Translations under genes and position numbers: made by a program
Shown: piece after piece, positions 32,431 through 35,507 of the stretch
How positions within the stretch are numbered: position 1 is the first letter of the stretch
How the letters are laid out: each line of letters starts with the position of its first letter
Notes under the pieces: model-generated
The model's database searches: none
What the model saw: only the letters and a program-made list of their open reading frames with translations
Told to the model about the DNA's origin: nothing
From: Catajapyx aquilonaris
Lineage: Eukaryota
Length of the DNA stretch: 35,507 nucleotides
Assembly (NCBI GenBank): GCA_000934665.2
Contig: JYFJ02004022.1
Span: forward strand, 1 to 35,507
Direction of reading: 5' to 3'

Positions 32431-32781
32431 GTCGGTCCCTTGCCCCACCATCTCAGCTACTTCCGTCAGCTACTTCCCCCCTCTCCACCACTTCTTGCTT
32501 TCCACCCCATTGGTGGGGGGGTTCGCTCCCCACACCATCTAGCGGTTGGTATTCGCATTAGGGGGTCACTTCGTAACTTCAACGCCAGATGGCGGCAGTA
32601 GTCACGTGAGGTTGTCACATCGCTACACATCTCCGTCGCTACTTCCTCCACATCAGCCCACGGACACTTATACTACGTTCTGGCGTTATCACCTGCCGAG
32701 GGATTACGCACCGGGTGCCCACTTGAGATCGCTACGAGACATTTCCCAAGGCTATCATGTGGCGACCCTACCGGACTTAGG

Positions 32782-32891
32782 CTGAACTTTACAGGTACGA
32801 AGGGGAGGGCTACATTGGGGGGCCCAACATGGCCGCTGGCGGCCATGTTGGGCCCGCATGTAGCCCTCCCCTTCGTACCTGTAAAGTTCAG
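32782..32891. repeat. 110-bp near-perfect GC-rich hairpin
   Basis: ctgaactttacaggtacgaaggggagggctacat..gggcccaacatggccgc-tg-gcggccatgttgggccc..atgtagccctccccttcgtacctgtaaagttcag, with a single internal bulge. Confidence 0.95.
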
Positions 32892-33288
32892 GTACCAAAT
32901 GAATTGGGATATGTCACAGCTCACATATTCCACTTGTATTTGTCCGTAGCTTTATTAGCTGCATGATAAAGCAAAACACAAAAAGGCACTTTTCTCAAAA
33001 TGAACTCTGGTTGGGATATGTGGTTCTTCCTCTGAGCGGCCCAATTGGTACAAAATAAAGGTAAAATTACATAGCATTTCAACCAAATTTCACACCCTAC
33101 TATTCTCTATGGAACCTACTTATATCTGTGCTTGCATTGAAGTATAGGAAAACTCGCGCAGGGCGACATGCCGTGTTTGCCATGGCCATAACAAAGGTCA
33201 GTACTGTTGGGGGTGATCCAAAACCAACACAGCAATACCAAGCAGTTGAGCCCACGTGCTACCCAAGCCATTGCCAGATTGGACACAC

Positions 33289-33720
33289 TATGCAAGTGTG
33301 GACAGTAGGATAAAGTGCGGGTCTCCCTTTTCTAAATAGCAGACAAATATTTCACAGATAAATCCTGTACGAATTCACATGAGCTTTCCAATCATGGGAT
33401 TACACACTTTTTTTTAAATAGCACAGCGCAAAGAAAATGGCTTCTCTCATGTATGAATTCGCATGTGCTTTTTCAAATTACCTGGATGATTAATTTTTTC
33501 ATGGCACACCTCACAAGAAAACGGTTTTTCTCCTGTATGAATTTTCAAGTGCCTTTTCAACTTACGTGATTCACGAAATTTTTCTGGCACACCTCACAGG
33601 TGAAGGGTTTTTCTCCTGTGTGAATTCGCATGTGATCTTTCAAATTGTCTGAAAATGTTTTCTGGCCTACATGACAAATAAATTGCTTGTCTCCTGTGTG
33701 AAATAGCATATGAGTTTTCA
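33289..33720 (-). pseudogene. Truncated C2H2 zinc-finger pseudogene fragment, paralogous to the 29.4-30.4 kb gene
   Basis: About three degenerate fingers plus part of a fourth ([30 protein letters not shown] / [45 protein letters not shown]), with two frameshifts, a Cys->Gly change and a GGA->TGA stop. 33289-33470 aligns closely with 29383-29560, including sequence beyond the stop. Confidence 0.9.
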
Positions 33721-33846
33721 TATCCCTTACTGTCATTTTTGGTAATGAAATGTTCCAGAAAAGTCACAAAGGTACAGTTATGGCCTTATGGGCCACATAA
33801 TTGTAGGGATCCTATTGTTGTGTGCCGCACTTTGGTGGTGCAGGGT

Positions 33847-35179
33847 CCCCATTGACACACGAACGTTCAGTGGACGTTCGTGAATGTGCAGGGAATGTGA
33901 TGTATGTTCTGTACATTCAGTGAACGTTCCGTGAATGTTCGTAGAGGGACATACATGGAATGCTTTATTTGAATGTTCTGTGAATGTTCAGTGAATGTTC
34001 TCCATTGACACACCAACATGAAGTGGACGTTCGTGAATGTGCAGGGAATGATCTGAATGTTCCGTATGTTCAGGGAATGTTCCGTGAATGTTCGTAGAGG
34101 GACATACATGGAATGATTTATTTGAATGTTCTGTGAACGTTCAGTGAATGTTCCCCATTGACACACCAACATGAAGTGGACGTTCGTGAATGTGCAGGGA
34201 ATGATCTGAATGTTCCGTATGTTCAGGGAATGTTCCGTGAATGTTCATCTCTGGACATACGTAGAATGCTCTATTGGAATGTTCATTGAACGTTACGTGA
34301 ACATTTCCTCGCGCGCGAGCGCCGCGCCACCTGTCGGCACTTCGATACACTAGTGTATCGAAGTGCCGACAGTCGTCATCCGCCATATCCATAACCGCCA
34401 TTACCGCCATTAGGCCTGCCCATGGCCTGCCCATCAGCCGTATGCGGTCCCCCAGCTTTATCGGCAACCCCTAATTTGGTTGGACACGGCCGGACACGGC
34501 GGTAGTTGGACGACACGGACGACACGCATGCAGACGAGCGGAGTCGCCTGCTGGTGAAACTGAGAGGTGACGTTCACACTTTGTCTGCCATGACAGTATA
34601 TAAAATATATGCATCTATTATATGACACCATTTTCTTCTTCCTCAAGGATAGAAAAAGCTCGTCTAGGGAATGAGGAACAGGACAGCGTATAGTAGGAAC
34701 AAGCACTGACAATGTCCTGTGTTGCACAAGGCACTGAAGGCTTCATTCACCAGTGACTGCGGACTGCAGTGAACTCTTGTGGTCAGCAGTGACAATGTGC
34801 TCAAGAGGCTTCCTAGGATCCACATCCATGTTCTTATGTGATTAATAAAAGTCATGTTTCATAATGCAGTATGTGTATGCTTTAATCACCTGCAAGTATC
34901 CCGTATCTTAAAACATTCACTGAACATTCAGTGAACATTCAGGGTATGTGCACATTTCATTCAGTGAACGTTCAGAGTATGTGCACAGAACAGTCAGTGA
35001 ACATTCACAGTATGTGCACAGAACAGTCAGTGGATGTTGATAACAAATGTGCAGTGAACATTTCAAAATGAGACATCATCAACATTCACTTGATGTTCCC
35101 TTGAACATTCACTGAACGTTCGAATGTTCAGCATGGAACGTTAACTGAACATTCACTGAATGTTGATGTGTCAATGGGG
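33847..35179. mobile_element. Non-autonomous TIR element with subterminal tandem repeats (CMC/EnSpm-like)
   Basis: TIR ccccattgacaca (33847-33859) and tgtgtcaatgggg (35167-35179). The left arm has ~3 x 153-bp units (33849, 34002, 34155) built from gtgaaYgttc subrepeats; the right arm has the inverted gaacattcac subrepeats (about 34912-35160). A possible 2-bp GT duplication is ambiguous and the superfamily call is tentative. Confidence 0.75.
34331..34372. repeat. Perfect 42-bp palindrome
   Basis: ctgtcggcacttcgatacact|agtgtatcgaagtgccgacag. Confidence 0.97.
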
Positions 35180-35299
35180 TTGTAAGGCCTATTTTAAGAC
35201 GTATCGAGTTTCGAGTGTATGGAAGGGAAATTTTTACAAACAAGCACACTTCGTAAAATACTGTATATGTACCCCTATCTTTACCAGCACCACAACATA

Positions 35300-35326
35300 C
35301 CCGGGCAACGCCGGGTAACCTGCTAG
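35300..35326 (+). mobile_element. Helitron 3' terminus
   Basis: CCCGGGCAACGCCGGG hairpin followed by TAACCTG-CTAG|T; same architecture as 15464-15491. Confidence 0.85.
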
Positions 35327-35416
35327 TGCTTAATATTGAAGTTCCTCATTTCAGAAAACACATACTTATATGGAATGGCTCATGGAAAATAAATGTTTTC
35401 AGAAAGAAGACTTTAA

Positions 35417-35507
35417 AGGGACACTCCACTCAAAATACAAGTTGGATTCTAAAAATCGGGCAGAAAATCCTGATTCCGAGGGTATAAGCAGTTTTCCTGA
35501 GAGACGA
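35417..35507. mobile_element. Left end of a Kolobok-type element (runs off the window)
   Basis: TTAA|AGGGACACTCC terminus; the partner end is not in the window. Confidence 0.5.

Overview
Eukaryotic (invertebrate metazoan-type) nuclear DNA, AT-rich and dense in non-autonomous transposons; the species cannot be determined from this window. Gene content from left to right: (1) the 3' three exons of an RFX transcription factor (dimerization domain) with signs of decay in the last exon; (2) an intron-containing, divergent SUMO1-like gene whose C-terminal di-glycine reads TGA-GGA; (3) an apparently intact 21-exon gene (1467 aa as reconstructed) of the otoancorin/stereocilin/mesothelin superfamily, with a signal peptide, a furin-like site, a Pro-rich tandem insert, a GPI-type tail and very short introns; (4) the last exon of a 9-finger C2H2 zinc-finger gene on the minus strand; (5) a truncated, frameshifted paralogous zinc-finger fragment lying between a Helitron-type 5' end and a Helitron-type 3' end. 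Intergenic DNA holds MITEs with recognisable target-site duplications (Tc1/mariner TA, Kolobok TTAA, piggyBac-like TTAT), Helitrons, tRNA-derived SINE heads, several long hairpins, microsatellites and a cluster of RFX X-box motifs. All family assignments come from motif recognition by eye; no database searches were run.
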